Both the position numbers and the translations under genes were made by a program. The notes below the pieces were generated by a model. The model was given only the letters and a program-made list of their open reading frames with translations. It was not told the DNA's origin and ran no database searches. A stretch of 64,000 bases of DNA from Caulobacteraceae bacterium (GTDB lineage Bacteria > Pseudomonadota > Alphaproteobacteria > Caulobacterales > Caulobacteraceae), in the NCBI GenBank assembly GCA_036494815.1, contig DASXNV010000030.1:44858-108857 (forward strand). The letters are read 5' to 3'. Shown in pieces: positions 12,121-19,957 of the stretch. The first letter of the stretch is position 1, and each line of letters opens with the position of its first letter.

Positions 12121-12909
12121 CTACGGCTCGCGCAGCTGCTCGATCTGTTCGGGGTGATCCACCGTCATCACGCCGCCCCAGTTGATCACGCCGCGCACCC
12201 GAATGAGGCGCCCGGCCAGCAGCGTAGGGGATATCCCGGCCGCCGTTAGGGCGGTCAGATCGTGCGGCGGGATCACCACCGCAAAGCCTCGCGAATCCGG
12301 TGTGAAGTCCAGATAGGTGCCTGAACGGCCCTCGCTAACCGAGGCGACGCGGCCCTCCACGATCTGAAAACCATGGGCGTCCCGCGCCACTTCGCCCGGT
12401 AGCAGCACCCTATAGGCCGGCATGGCCCAGAGTCCGCGGCCGGCCGAGCGCGCCCGCGCCTCGTCGCCCAGCATGGTCGCCGCCAGGGCCCTGTTGTCAG
12501 GGAAAGTCCAGACTCGCGCCCAACCGGTCCGCAGCATCTCGCCCTGGATCCAGCGCTGGTCCTTGGTGCGGCGAACCTGGGCCAGGGCGCGACCATAGGC
12601 GTCTCGCCGCGCGCCGCCGTAGAACAGAGCCACGGGCTGTCCGCCGATCAGGTTTTGCAGCTCAGCCCGCGCCCGATCGCCGCCGGGCTCTTCGAGCCGC
12701 GGGGCCGCCAAGCCCACCATCCGCACAACCAGGCCACTATCCAGCACCGCCACATCGCCGGAGCGCACCTCCACCACCCGGCCGCGTTCGCCGGCGGACA
12801 GTCGATCCAGCTGGCGGCCCTCGCCGCAGGCGGCCAGTGCGAGAAGCGCCAGGGTCAGACAACAGGCGCGGACGACCCAACCCGCCCAGTTCGAATGTCC
12901 CGCCTGCAT
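12121..12909 (-). CDS. Thermonuclease (SNase-like) family lipoprotein
   Basis: Lipobox LALLALAAC. SNase-like segments are present (VVRMVGLAAPR..., YGRALAQV). Confidence 0.8.
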   Translation of the reverse strand: MQAGHSNWAGWVVRACCLTLALLALAACGEGRQLDRLSAGERGRVVEVRSGDVAVLDSGLVVRMVGLAAPRLEEPGGDRARAELQNLIGGQPVALFYGGARRDAYGRALAQVRRTKDQRWIQGEMLRTGWARVWTFPDNRALAATMLGDEARARSAGRGLWAMPAYRVLLPGEVARDAHGFQIVEGRVASVSEGRSGTYLDFTPDSRGFAVVIPPHDLTALTAAGISPTLLAGRLIRVRGVINWGGVMTVDHPEQIEQLREP

Positions 12910-13046
12910 CCGCGCTCACCTCATGGCGTCAACTCGTCCGATGACTATCGCGAGACGTGGCCGATGCACAGCACGTGGGTTTCCCTGGCCAGATCGCTCC
13001 TATATCCAGTTCGCTCATATCCTGCCCAAGCCCAAAGGTCCGCACC

Positions 13047-14243
13047 ATGAGACGCGCCGCCATCGTCACCCCCCTGCGCACGCCGGTCGGCAAGTTCCTG
13101 GGCGCCCTCACCAATGTTTCGGCCATCGACCTGGCCTCCACGGTGGTCAAGGCCCTGGTGGAGCGAAGCGGCGTGGATCCGGCCCGTATCGACGACGTGG
13201 TCTTCGCCCAGAGCTACGCCAATGGCGAAGCGCCCTGCATCGGCCGCTGGGCGGCCCTGGCGGCGGACCTGCCGATCGAGGTGCCGGGCCTGCAGCTCGA
13301 CCGGCGCTGCGGGGGCGGCCTGCAGGCCATCGCCACCGCGGCCATGATGGTCCAGACCGGCGCAGCCGACGTGGTCATCGCCGGTGGTGTCGAGAGCATG
13401 AGCAATGTGGAATACTACACCACCTCCATGCGCGGCGGCGCGCGTTCGGGGTCGGTGACCCTGTACGACCGCCTGGAGCGCGGCCGGGAGCGGTCCCAGC
13501 CGGTGGAGCGGTTTGGCTTCATCTCGGGCATGATCGAGACGGCGGAGAACGTCGCCCGCGAATATCAGATCACCCGCGAGGACTCCGACGCCTACGCCGC
13601 CGAAAGCCACCGGCGCGCGGCTGCGGCCTGGGCGGCCGGCAGGTTCGACGACGAGCTGGTTCCGGTGTCGGTGAAGCAGCGCAAGGGCGATCCCATCGTG
13701 GTCGCCAAGGACGAGGGCGTGCGCGCCGATGCGACCGTGGCCTCCATGGCGGCGCTGAAGCCGATCATCAAGGGCGGCGTCGTCACCGCCGGCAACGCCA
13801 GCCAGCAGAACGACGCCGCCGCCGCATGCCTTGTGGTGGCCGAAGACAAGCTGGCCGAGCTTAATCTGGATCCCATGGGCTTCATGGTCGGCTGGGCCGC
13901 CGCCGGCTGCCATCCGGGCTTGATGGGCATCGGCCCAGTGCCGGCGGTGGAGCGCCTGTTCGCCCGCACCGGTCATTCCTGGAACGACATCGACCTGGTC
14001 GAGCTGAACGAAGCCTTCGCCGCCCAGGTGCTGGGGGTGCTCAAGGGCTGGAACTGGGACGATCGCGACAAGCTGAACGTCAACGGCTCGGGCATCTCGC
14101 TGGGCCACCCCATCGCCGCCACAGGCGGACGCATCCTTGCCGGCCTGCTGCACGAGCTGAAGCGGCGCGGCGGGCGTTACGGCCTGGAGACCATGTGCGT
14201 CGGCGGCGGCCAGGGCGTGGCGGCGCTGTTCGAGGCGGCTTAG
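13047..14243 (+). CDS. Acetyl-CoA C-acyltransferase (thiolase)
   Basis: [17 protein letters not shown]..., active-site region [12 protein letters not shown], and C-terminal [19 protein letters not shown]...CVGGGQG. Confidence 0.9.
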   Translation: MRRAAIVTPLRTPVGKFLGALTNVSAIDLASTVVKALVERSGVDPARIDDVVFAQSYANGEAPCIGRWAALAADLPIEVPGLQLDRRCGGGLQAIATAAMMVQTGAADVVIAGGVESMSNVEYYTTSMRGGARSGSVTLYDRLERGRERSQPVERFGFISGMIETAENVAREYQITREDSDAYAAESHRRAAAAWAAGRFDDELVPVSVKQRKGDPIVVAKDEGVRADATVASMAALKPIIKGGVVTAGNASQQNDAAAACLVVAEDKLAELNLDPMGFMVGWAAAGCHPGLMGIGPVPAVERLFARTGHSWNDIDLVELNEAFAAQVLGVLKGWNWDDRDKLNVNGSGISLGHPIAATGGRILAGLLHELKRRGGRYGLETMCVGGGQGVAALFEAA

Positions 14244-14845
14244 GGGCGCTCGTCTTCCGCAGCCTCACGCGTGGCATAGACGTGATCGACCAGGCCCCAG
14301 GCCTTGGCCTCTTCGGCGCTCATGAAATTATCCCGGTCGAGGGCGCGCTCGACCTCCTCGGTTGTGCGCCCGCAGTGCTGGGCGTAAAGCGCGATCAATC
14401 GCCTCTTGGTTTGCAGCACGTTTTCCGCATGGCGGGCGATATCCGAGGCCTGGCCCTGGAAGCCGCCGGACGGCTGGTGAACCATGATGCTGGCGTTGGG
14501 CAGGGCCACCCGCCGCCCCGGCGCGCCGGCCATCAGCAGGAACGAGCCCATTGAGGCGGCGAAACCCATGCACACCGTCGCCACCGGGCTCTTGATATAT
14601 TGCAAGGTGTCGTAGATCGCCAAGCCGGCGGTCACCGAGCCACCGGGCGAATTGATATAGAGGGCGATCTCCTTCTTGGGGTTCTCCGATTCCAGAAACA
14701 GCAACTGGGCGCAGATCAGCGAAGCTACGCCGTCCTCCACCGGTCCGTTCAGGAACACGATCCGCTCGCGCAGCAGACGTGAAAAGATGTCGAAGGCCCG
14801 CTCGCCGCGGCTGGATTCCTCCACCACCATCGGCACCAGGTTCAT
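14240..14845 (-). CDS. clpP: ATP-dependent Clp protease proteolytic subunit ClpP
   Basis: [32 protein letters not shown]. The Ser/His/Asp triad contexts are intact ([25 protein letters not shown]). An alternative ATG lies at 14860. Confidence 0.9.
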   Translation of the reverse strand: MNLVPMVVEESSRGERAFDIFSRLLRERIVFLNGPVEDGVASLICAQLLFLESENPKKEIALYINSPGGSVTAGLAIYDTLQYIKSPVATVCMGFAASMGSFLLMAGAPGRRVALPNASIMVHQPSGGFQGQASDIARHAENVLQTKRRLIALYAQHCGRTTEEVERALDRDNFMSAEEAKAWGLVDHVYATREAAEDERP

Positions 14846-14847
14846 GT

Positions 14848-15282
14848 TCAGGCCGCCCATTTCAGGCCTCCCAGGCCGGCCAGGCCGGCCATCGGGCGAC
14901 GCCGTGCACGATGGGCGGCCAGGCTGACCACGCGGGGGGAGGCGGCTGCGACCGCGGCCGGCAGGAATCCGCTGTGGGTCAGGCGCAACCGTACTTTGGC
15001 CCCGGTCTGGGCCAGTTCGAACAGCACCTCGGTTTCCAGGGGACCCGCCTCGCCGTCGCCGCGCCAGGCGTAGCGGATGAACCGCTCGGGCTCGGCCTCC
15101 AACACCCGGCAATCGACGGGCCCGCCCAAGTCGGCGCCGATTGCGTCCGGCGCCAGCCACGCGGCGACCAGTTGCGGCTCGGTCAAGGCGCGCCAGACCT
15201 TGTCCAGCGTTGCATTCAGCTCGAATTCGAAGTCCAGCGCCTGGGCGTCTGCGGCGCCTTGCCGCGGTTCAGCGATCGTCAT
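14848..15282 (-). CDS. SRPBCC (Aha1/START-like) domain protein
   Basis: Start at MTIAEP (ATG at 15282), which overlaps the arsR stop codon. ...[18 protein letters not shown]...RLTHSGF is typical of the AHSA1-like family that is commonly paired with ArsR regulators. Confidence 0.8.
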   Translation of the reverse strand: MTIAEPRQGAADAQALDFEFELNATLDKVWRALTEPQLVAAWLAPDAIGADLGGPVDCRVLEAEPERFIRYAWRGDGEAGPLETEVLFELAQTGAKVRLRLTHSGFLPAAVAAASPRVVSLAAHRARRRPMAGLAGLGGLKWAA

Positions 15283-15593
15283 GGATCCATCTCCTTGAGC
15301 AGGGTCTTGAGCCTGCCGATGCGTTCCGGCCAGAAGCTGCGATAGCGGTCGATCCAGTCCACCAGGGGACCCAGCCCCGCCGGATCGACGCGGTAATAGG
15401 CGAACCGCCCTTCCCGCCGCTCGGTCACCAGACCGGCGCCGCGCAGGGCCGCCAGATGCTGAGAGATGGCCGGTTGGGAGATGGCGAACCCCGCCTTGAG
15501 TTCGGTGACGCTCATCTCGCCATCGGCCAGCCGCTCGAACACCGCGCGGCGGGTGGGATCGGCCAGGGCCTTGAAGATATCGGGCGACAGCAT
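15279..15593 (-). CDS. ArsR/SmtB family transcriptional regulator (no cysteines, so probably not a classical metal sensor)
   Basis: FKALADPTRRAVFERLADGEMSVTELKAGFAISQPAISQHLAALRGAGLV is a winged HTH. ATG at 15593 preferred; an upstream GTG at 15614 is also possible. Confidence 0.85.
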   Translation of the reverse strand: MLSPDIFKALADPTRRAVFERLADGEMSVTELKAGFAISQPAISQHLAALRGAGLVTERREGRFAYYRVDPAGLGPLVDWIDRYRSFWPERIGRLKTLLKEMDP

Positions 15594-15601
15594 GGACGTT
15601 A

Positions 15602-15619
15602 CATAAGCGTACACTTATG
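15602..15619. promoter_or_regulatory. Palindrome CATAAG-CGTACA-CTTATG directly upstream of (or overlapping) the arsR start; candidate ArsR operator
   Basis: Perfect 6+6 inverted repeat read from the sequence. Its position fits autoregulation. On the minus strand, TTGTCA-N15-GCTTATGT-N7-ATG would fit a leaderless transcript. Confidence 0.35.
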
Positions 15620-15693
15620 GATTTGACAAGCCCCCCTTTCGGCGGCATCGGCTGACGCTTATCTACGCGTTCCCGACCGCCTGGAGATCAACG

Positions 15694-16212
15694 ATGCCTC
15701 ACCGTCTCGCCGTCGCTGTCACCGCCCTGGCCATCGGCATGACGGCCAGCGCCGCGTTCTCCGCCACGCCGCCCACGGTCAGCATCCAAAGCTACGCCCA
15801 GCTGAAGCTGCCCCTGCCCTATCCCTATGACGAAAAGGTCGACGCCAATGCGGCCGTGGCCGCGGCCAAGGCCAAGGCCAAGGCGCACGGCAAGTTGCTG
15901 CTGATCGATCTGGGCGGCAATTGGTGCGGCGATTGCCGCATCCTGGCCAGCACCATGGACCTGCCGGAGATGAGGGCCTTTGTGGACGCGCACTATGACG
16001 TGGTCTCGGTGGATGTAGGGCGGTTCGACAAGAACCTTCAGATCCCCGCCCACTACGGCATCACCCAGCGCCTGGAGGGCGTGCCGGCCCTCTTGATCGT
16101 CGATCCTCGCACCGACACCCTGCTCGACGGCGGCCATGTGGCCGCCCTGGCCGACGCCCGCCACATGACACCGCAGGCCCTGGCCGACTGGTTGGCCCAG
16201 TGGACGAAATAG
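15694..16212 (+). CDS. Periplasmic thioredoxin-fold protein (CxxC = CGDC)
   Basis: Signal peptide MPHRLAVAVTALAIGMTASAAFS. LLLIDLGGNWCGDCRIL matches the thioredoxin_7-like motif. Confidence 0.8.
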   Translation: MPHRLAVAVTALAIGMTASAAFSATPPTVSIQSYAQLKLPLPYPYDEKVDANAAVAAAKAKAKAHGKLLLIDLGGNWCGDCRILASTMDLPEMRAFVDAHYDVVSVDVGRFDKNLQIPAHYGITQRLEGVPALLIVDPRTDTLLDGGHVAALADARHMTPQALADWLAQWTK

Positions 16213-16249
16213 GCGGCGGATCTGGACAGAGCTGAACCCGTCGCGGCCG

Positions 16250-16519
16250 TCAGTGGATCTGGAAGATCCCGTTCACCGCTCGCCACTCCGACGGCTTGAT
16301 CAACCGTTCGTGAGCCACGCACACCGAACAGAGCGCCCCCTCAAGCTCGCGCTGCCAGAAATCCAGAAATCCGCGCAAGGTCGGGAACGCCGGGGCCAGA
16401 TCGTATTCCTGCCACACAAAGGTCTGCAGCAGCGCCGGATGGTCAGGCAATCGGTAGTGGATCTCCGCGGTGGTCAATCCATAACCCTTCACCTGCAGCA
16501 AGAAATCGCGACTCACCAT
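16250..16519 (-). CDS. Usg-like family protein
   Basis: GYGLTTAEIHYRLPDHPALLQTFVWQEYDLAPAFP.LRGFLDFWQRELEG.L.SV.VAH..LIKP matches my memory of the Usg (PF06233) family. Confidence 0.75.
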   Translation of the reverse strand: MVSRDFLLQVKGYGLTTAEIHYRLPDHPALLQTFVWQEYDLAPAFPTLRGFLDFWQRELEGALCSVCVAHERLIKPSEWRAVNGIFQIH

Positions 16520-16881
16520 GACGCACCTTCCTTCGATGGATCACCCTGTCCAAGTCACCAACGAACCCTGGACGCCTGGCCGACCCTGAGGGTCGGGGAC
16601 AGAAAGACAAGGCTCGAAGTCAACGATCAGATCGAAAGGTTAATATTGTCCGATTCGCCGGCGGATGACTGAATGTCGCAGGTAGAGAAGTCAGAATTCT
16701 GGCGCCAAGCCATCGGCGAATACAATTTCGTTTGATCGCCGGGACCATGAACATTGGCACTCAATAAGATGGAGTGCTGCGAGCAGTCGTGGCGCCTCCC
16801 TTGTCCAGCGCCGGCCCGATTGTCGCTTTCCAACAGCGTCGATCTGGAATCTGCCCCCGCCCTAGGCTAAGGAGAGTTCGG

Positions 16882-17174
16882 GTCTCCGTAGCTCAGCCGG
16901 ATAGAGCACAGGTTTCCTAGCCAATTGGGCATCGAGATCGGAAACGCCTCGATGAATCCGCTCAAAGTCGGGGAAAGCTTCGGCCTTCGCGCCATGCCAA
17001 TCCCGAGCCAAGCCCGGAAACGGGAAGGTGTAGAGACTAGACGGGCGGCGCCTAAGACCCCGCAAAGGGTTATGGTGAAGGGATAGTCCAGACCACGAAC
17101 GCCGGAAGGCGGCGGCGAAAGTCGAAGTGGGATGAAACCTGGGGTCGCGTGTTCGAGTCACGCCGGGGACGCCA
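16882..17174 (+). tRNA. tRNA-Arg(CCU), interrupted by a group I intron (exons 16882-16918 and 17135-17174, CCA encoded)
   Basis: The joined exons fold into a complete cloverleaf. Acceptor stem GTCTCCG/CGGGGAC, D stem GCTC/GAGC, anticodon stem CAGGT/ACCTG, anticodon loop TTCCTAA, T stem GCGTG/CACGC, T loop TTCGAGT. Confidence 0.9.
16919..17134 (+). ncRNA. Group I self-splicing intron, IC3-like, 216 nt, no ORF
   Basis: Inserted after U36 and ends in G. Core string GAAGGTGTAGAGACTAGACGG...CCTAAG...TTATGG plus CGAGCCAAGC closely resembles the Azoarcus tRNA-Ile IC3 intron core as I remember it. A P1 helix CCUAG/UUGGG with a U-G pair at the splice site is possible. Several GAAA-capped hairpins are present. 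Confidence 0.85.
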
Positions 17175-17203
17175 TATTTTCAATGAGTAAGCTTGCCAAA
17201 AGC

Positions 17204-17238
17204 GGCTTCCCAGCGCCGGTCCGGATCGCTGGGAAGCC
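17204..17238 (+). terminator. 12-bp perfect hairpin (ggcttcccagcg / cgctgggaagcc) 30 nt downstream of the tRNA; possible terminator
   Basis: Read from the sequence. It is followed by GGCTTTGG, which is only a weak U-tract. Confidence 0.35.
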
Positions 17239-17368
17239 GGCTTTGGCGTGGAACGCGTTGCATTTCAGGCCATGGGACGCCGGCCCATCGAAGGGCGACG
17301 GGACGTCGCCGATCTGCGGCGACGCTCCGTTTTGATGATCCGGCCGACCGCCGTTTCGCCGGCCGTGA

Positions 17369-17580
17369 GCTAGTCTTACTGCGACAGAACGACAATATCT
17401 CGCCCGGCCGGACAAGAGCGACGTCAGCAGCGCGGTCAAGCAGAAGATCGTCGAGCTGTTGCCGAACGGGGAATGCACTCGGGAAATCGTCGCCAAGGCC
17501 ATGGGCATGAGCCCCACGGCCCTGCAGTTCAAGCTGGCCAAGGCGGACACCTCCTTCCAGACTATTCTGGAAGCGGCTTT
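17369..17580 (+). pseudogene. Fragment of an AraC/XylS-family regulator (first HTH subdomain only)
   Basis: The in-frame translation ...VKQKIVELLPNGECTREIVAKAMGMSPTALQFKLAKADTSFQTILE resembles the AraC pattern (L..G..S.E.VA..LGMS.RTLQR.L...GTSF..L). There is no ligand-binding domain and no second HTH. The frame opens just after a stop codon at 17366. Confidence 0.4.
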
Positions 17581-17777
17581 CGCCATCCGAATATCGGAAA
17601 CACCCAACCCAGGAACGGACGGCCACCCTCTGAACCCTGGCGCGAGGCCGCTGGTGGCGCCAGGGTCCTGGCGAGACTTGACCCCCGACGAAAAACAGAT
17701 GCGGCATCCTCCGTACACGGTATACCTGCCCGACCGCCCCAGGGCGGGGGGAAATGCTGGGATTCGGGGCCGCCAAA

Positions 17778-18422
17778 ATGATGAAATGGTTTCAGGCGCT
17801 GATGCCGCGCGAGGCGCGGTTCTTCGACCTGTTCAATCGCCATGCCGCCACCATCGTCCTGGGCGCCACCGCTCTTTCCGACTTGCTGGAGTCCCGCGCC
17901 TCCATTGAGGACTGCCGCGCGCGGATCGCCACCCACGAGAACGACGCCGACGACATCACCCGCGAGGTGATGCTGGCCGTGCGCCGCACCTTCATCACCC
18001 CATTCGACCGAGGCGACATCCAGGACCTGATCAGCCTGATGGACGACGCCATCGACCAGATGCAAAAGACGGCCAAGGCCATCGTGCAGTTCGAGGTGGA
18101 AAGCTTCGACCCGGCCATGCGCGAGATGGGTGAAACGATCATCACGGCCTCACAACTCACCGCCGAGGCAGTCGGCCTGCTCTCGGCCATGCAACAGAAC
18201 GCCGCCCGACTGAACGGCCTGGCCGAGGAGATCACCCGGGTCGAGGAACAGTCCGACGACCTCTATGACCAGGGGATGAAGGCCCTCTATCGCGCCCACC
18301 GCGACGGCAATCCCATGGGATATATTGTCGGCGCCGAGATCTATGATCACCTGGAAAAGGTGGTCGACCGGCTGCAGGACGTGGCCAACCGCATCAGCGG
18401 CATCCTGATCGAACATCTGTGA
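17778..18422 (+). CDS. DUF47 (PhoU-like) protein, partner of the Pit transporter
   Basis: MMKWFQALMPREARFFDLFNRHA... and the C-terminal ..IYDHLEKVVDRLQDVANRI are typical of YkaA/DUF47 proteins. The start could be 17754, 17778 or 17781. Confidence 0.85.
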   Translation: MMKWFQALMPREARFFDLFNRHAATIVLGATALSDLLESRASIEDCRARIATHENDADDITREVMLAVRRTFITPFDRGDIQDLISLMDDAIDQMQKTAKAIVQFEVESFDPAMREMGETIITASQLTAEAVGLLSAMQQNAARLNGLAEEITRVEEQSDDLYDQGMKALYRAHRDGNPMGYIVGAEIYDHLEKVVDRLQDVANRISGILIEHL

Positions 18423-18441
18423 TCCGGCGGGAATCCGAAAC

Positions 18442-19446
18442 GTGACCTTCGCCGGCTCGACACCGTTGCTGATCGTATTGATCGCCATCGCCCTGACGTT
18501 CGACCTGTTGAACGGCCTGCACGATGCGGCCAATTCCATCGCCACCATCGTCTCCACCCGGGTGCTGGCGCCGCGCTATGCGGTGATCTGGGCGGCCTTT
18601 TTCAACTTCATCGCTTTTCTGGTGTTCGGCCTACACGTGGCCAATACGATCGGCACCGGCATCGTCAGCACCCATATCATCGACGACCGGCTGATCTTCG
18701 GCGCTCTGATGGGTGCGATCACCTGGAACCTGGCCACCTGGTTCTGGGGCCTGCCCTCGTCGAGCTCCCACGCCCTGGTGGGCGGCCTGCTGGGCGCGGG
18801 CCTGGCCAAGGTGGGTTTGAACGCTGTGGTCTGGGCCGGGGTGATCAAGACGGTGGTCGCCATTGTCCTGTCGCCCTTGGTCGGGTTCATGCTGGCCTTG
18901 CTGCTGGTGCTGATGGTGTCCTGGGCCTTCGTCAAGGCGACGCCCTCGGGGGTGGACCGCACCTTTCGCAGCCTGCAGTTCGTCTCGGCCTCGCTCTATT
19001 CCCTCGGCCACGGCGGCAACGACGCCCAAAAGACCATGGGGGTGATTGCGGTGCTGCTCTATGCCCACGGCCGCCTGCACGGGGGCTTTCACGTCCCTCT
19101 GTGGGTGGTGCTATCCTGCCAGTCAGCCATGGCGCTGGGGACTTTGGTCGGCGGCTGGCGCATCGTCCACACCATGGGCTCCAAGATCACCCGACTGACG
19201 CCGATGCAGGGCTTCTGCGCCGAGACCGGCGGGGCCATCACCCTGTTCATGGCCACCTATCTGGGCGTACCGGTCTCCACCACCCACACCATCACCGGGG
19301 CCATAGTCGGTGTGGGCGCCGCGCGGCGCGTATCGGCGGTGCGTTGGGGCGTGGCCAAGGACATCGTCATAGCCTGGGTGGTGACCATGCCCATGGCGGG
19401 CCTCGTGGCCGCCCTGTTCTATTTCCTCTCCAAGTTCTGGAGCTGA
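18442..19446 (+). CDS. pitA: Inorganic phosphate transporter, PiT family
   Basis: GTG start. F.LLNGLHDAANSIATIVSTRVL and GGNDAQKTMG are the PHO4 signatures. Multiple TM helices. Confidence 0.9.
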   Translation: MTFAGSTPLLIVLIAIALTFDLLNGLHDAANSIATIVSTRVLAPRYAVIWAAFFNFIAFLVFGLHVANTIGTGIVSTHIIDDRLIFGALMGAITWNLATWFWGLPSSSSHALVGGLLGAGLAKVGLNAVVWAGVIKTVVAIVLSPLVGFMLALLLVLMVSWAFVKATPSGVDRTFRSLQFVSASLYSLGHGGNDAQKTMGVIAVLLYAHGRLHGGFHVPLWVVLSCQSAMALGTLVGGWRIVHTMGSKITRLTPMQGFCAETGGAITLFMATYLGVPVSTTHTITGAIVGVGAARRVSAVRWGVAKDIVIAWVVTMPMAGLVAALFYFLSKFWS

Positions 19447-19447
19447 A

Positions 19448-19957
19448 ATGGCGGCCCGCACTCCCAAACAAGGCTCCAAAAAGCACGTCGGCCGCGGCGT
19501 GCAATACGCGGCCCTTCCCTATCGCTGGACCGATGGCCTGGTGCAGATCCTGATGGTCACCTCGCGCGAGACGGGCCGGTGGGTCCTGCCCAAGGGCTGG
19601 CCCATGGCGCGCAAGAAGCCCCACGCCGCAGCCGGGCGCGAGGCCATGGAAGAAGCCGGTGTCACCGGCAAGATCCGCAAGACTCCCATCGGGTCCTACG
19701 ACTATCTCAAACGACTGAAGACCGGCGGGGCCCTGGTCTGCACGGTCAAGGTCTATCCGCTGGAGGTCGTCCGCCAGCTCAAGCGCTGGCCCGAGCAGGA
19801 CCAGCGCACGCCTCAATGGTTCACCCCTGAAGAGGCGGCCAAGGCGGTGCACGAGCCGGACTTGGCGGCCTTGATCCGAGCCTTTGGCGCCGCACCGCCG
19901 CAGCCCAGGACCAAGCCCAAAACCAAGGTCGCTCCACCCGCTCAGCCGGCCGGCTGA
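19448..19957 (+). CDS. NUDIX hydrolase
   Basis: Nudix box GWPMARKKPHAAAGREAMEEAGVTG. It starts 1 nt after the pitA stop codon. Confidence 0.85.
   Translation: MAARTPKQGSKKHVGRGVQYAALPYRWTDGLVQILMVTSRETGRWVLPKGWPMARKKPHAAAGREAMEEAGVTGKIRKTPIGSYDYLKRLKTGGALVCTVKVYPLEVVRQLKRWPEQDQRTPQWFTPEEAAKAVHEPDLAALIRAFGAAPPQPRTKPKTKVAPPAQPAG

Noticed and set aside
12945-14153. A 402-aa minus-strand ORF and a 313-aa plus-strand ORF (12923-13864) overlapping the thiolase gene.
   Set aside because: Only the 13047-14243 frame carries thiolase motifs. The others are low-complexity Arg/Gly/Pro frames.
14848-15648. A 266-aa ORF, and the N-terminal extensions of 53131-54393, 50156-51427, 51010-52473, 21625-22638 and 2921-4231.
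   Set aside because: The extensions overlap neighbouring genuine genes and lack coding character. Internal starts with RBS or family-typical N-termini were chosen instead.
16862-17161. A 99-aa minus-strand ORF covering the tRNA and intron. I also considered whether the intron carries a homing endonuclease.
   Set aside because: The region is fully explained by the tRNA exons and a 216-nt ribozyme. The ORF is antisense with Arg/Pro-rich junk composition. The intron is too short to encode a homing endonuclease.
16520-17750. An active genomic island or integrative element at the tRNA.
   Set aside because: There is no integrase, no recombinase, and no visible direct repeat of the tRNA 3' end. 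Only a short regulator fragment is present, so I report it as a possible scar only.
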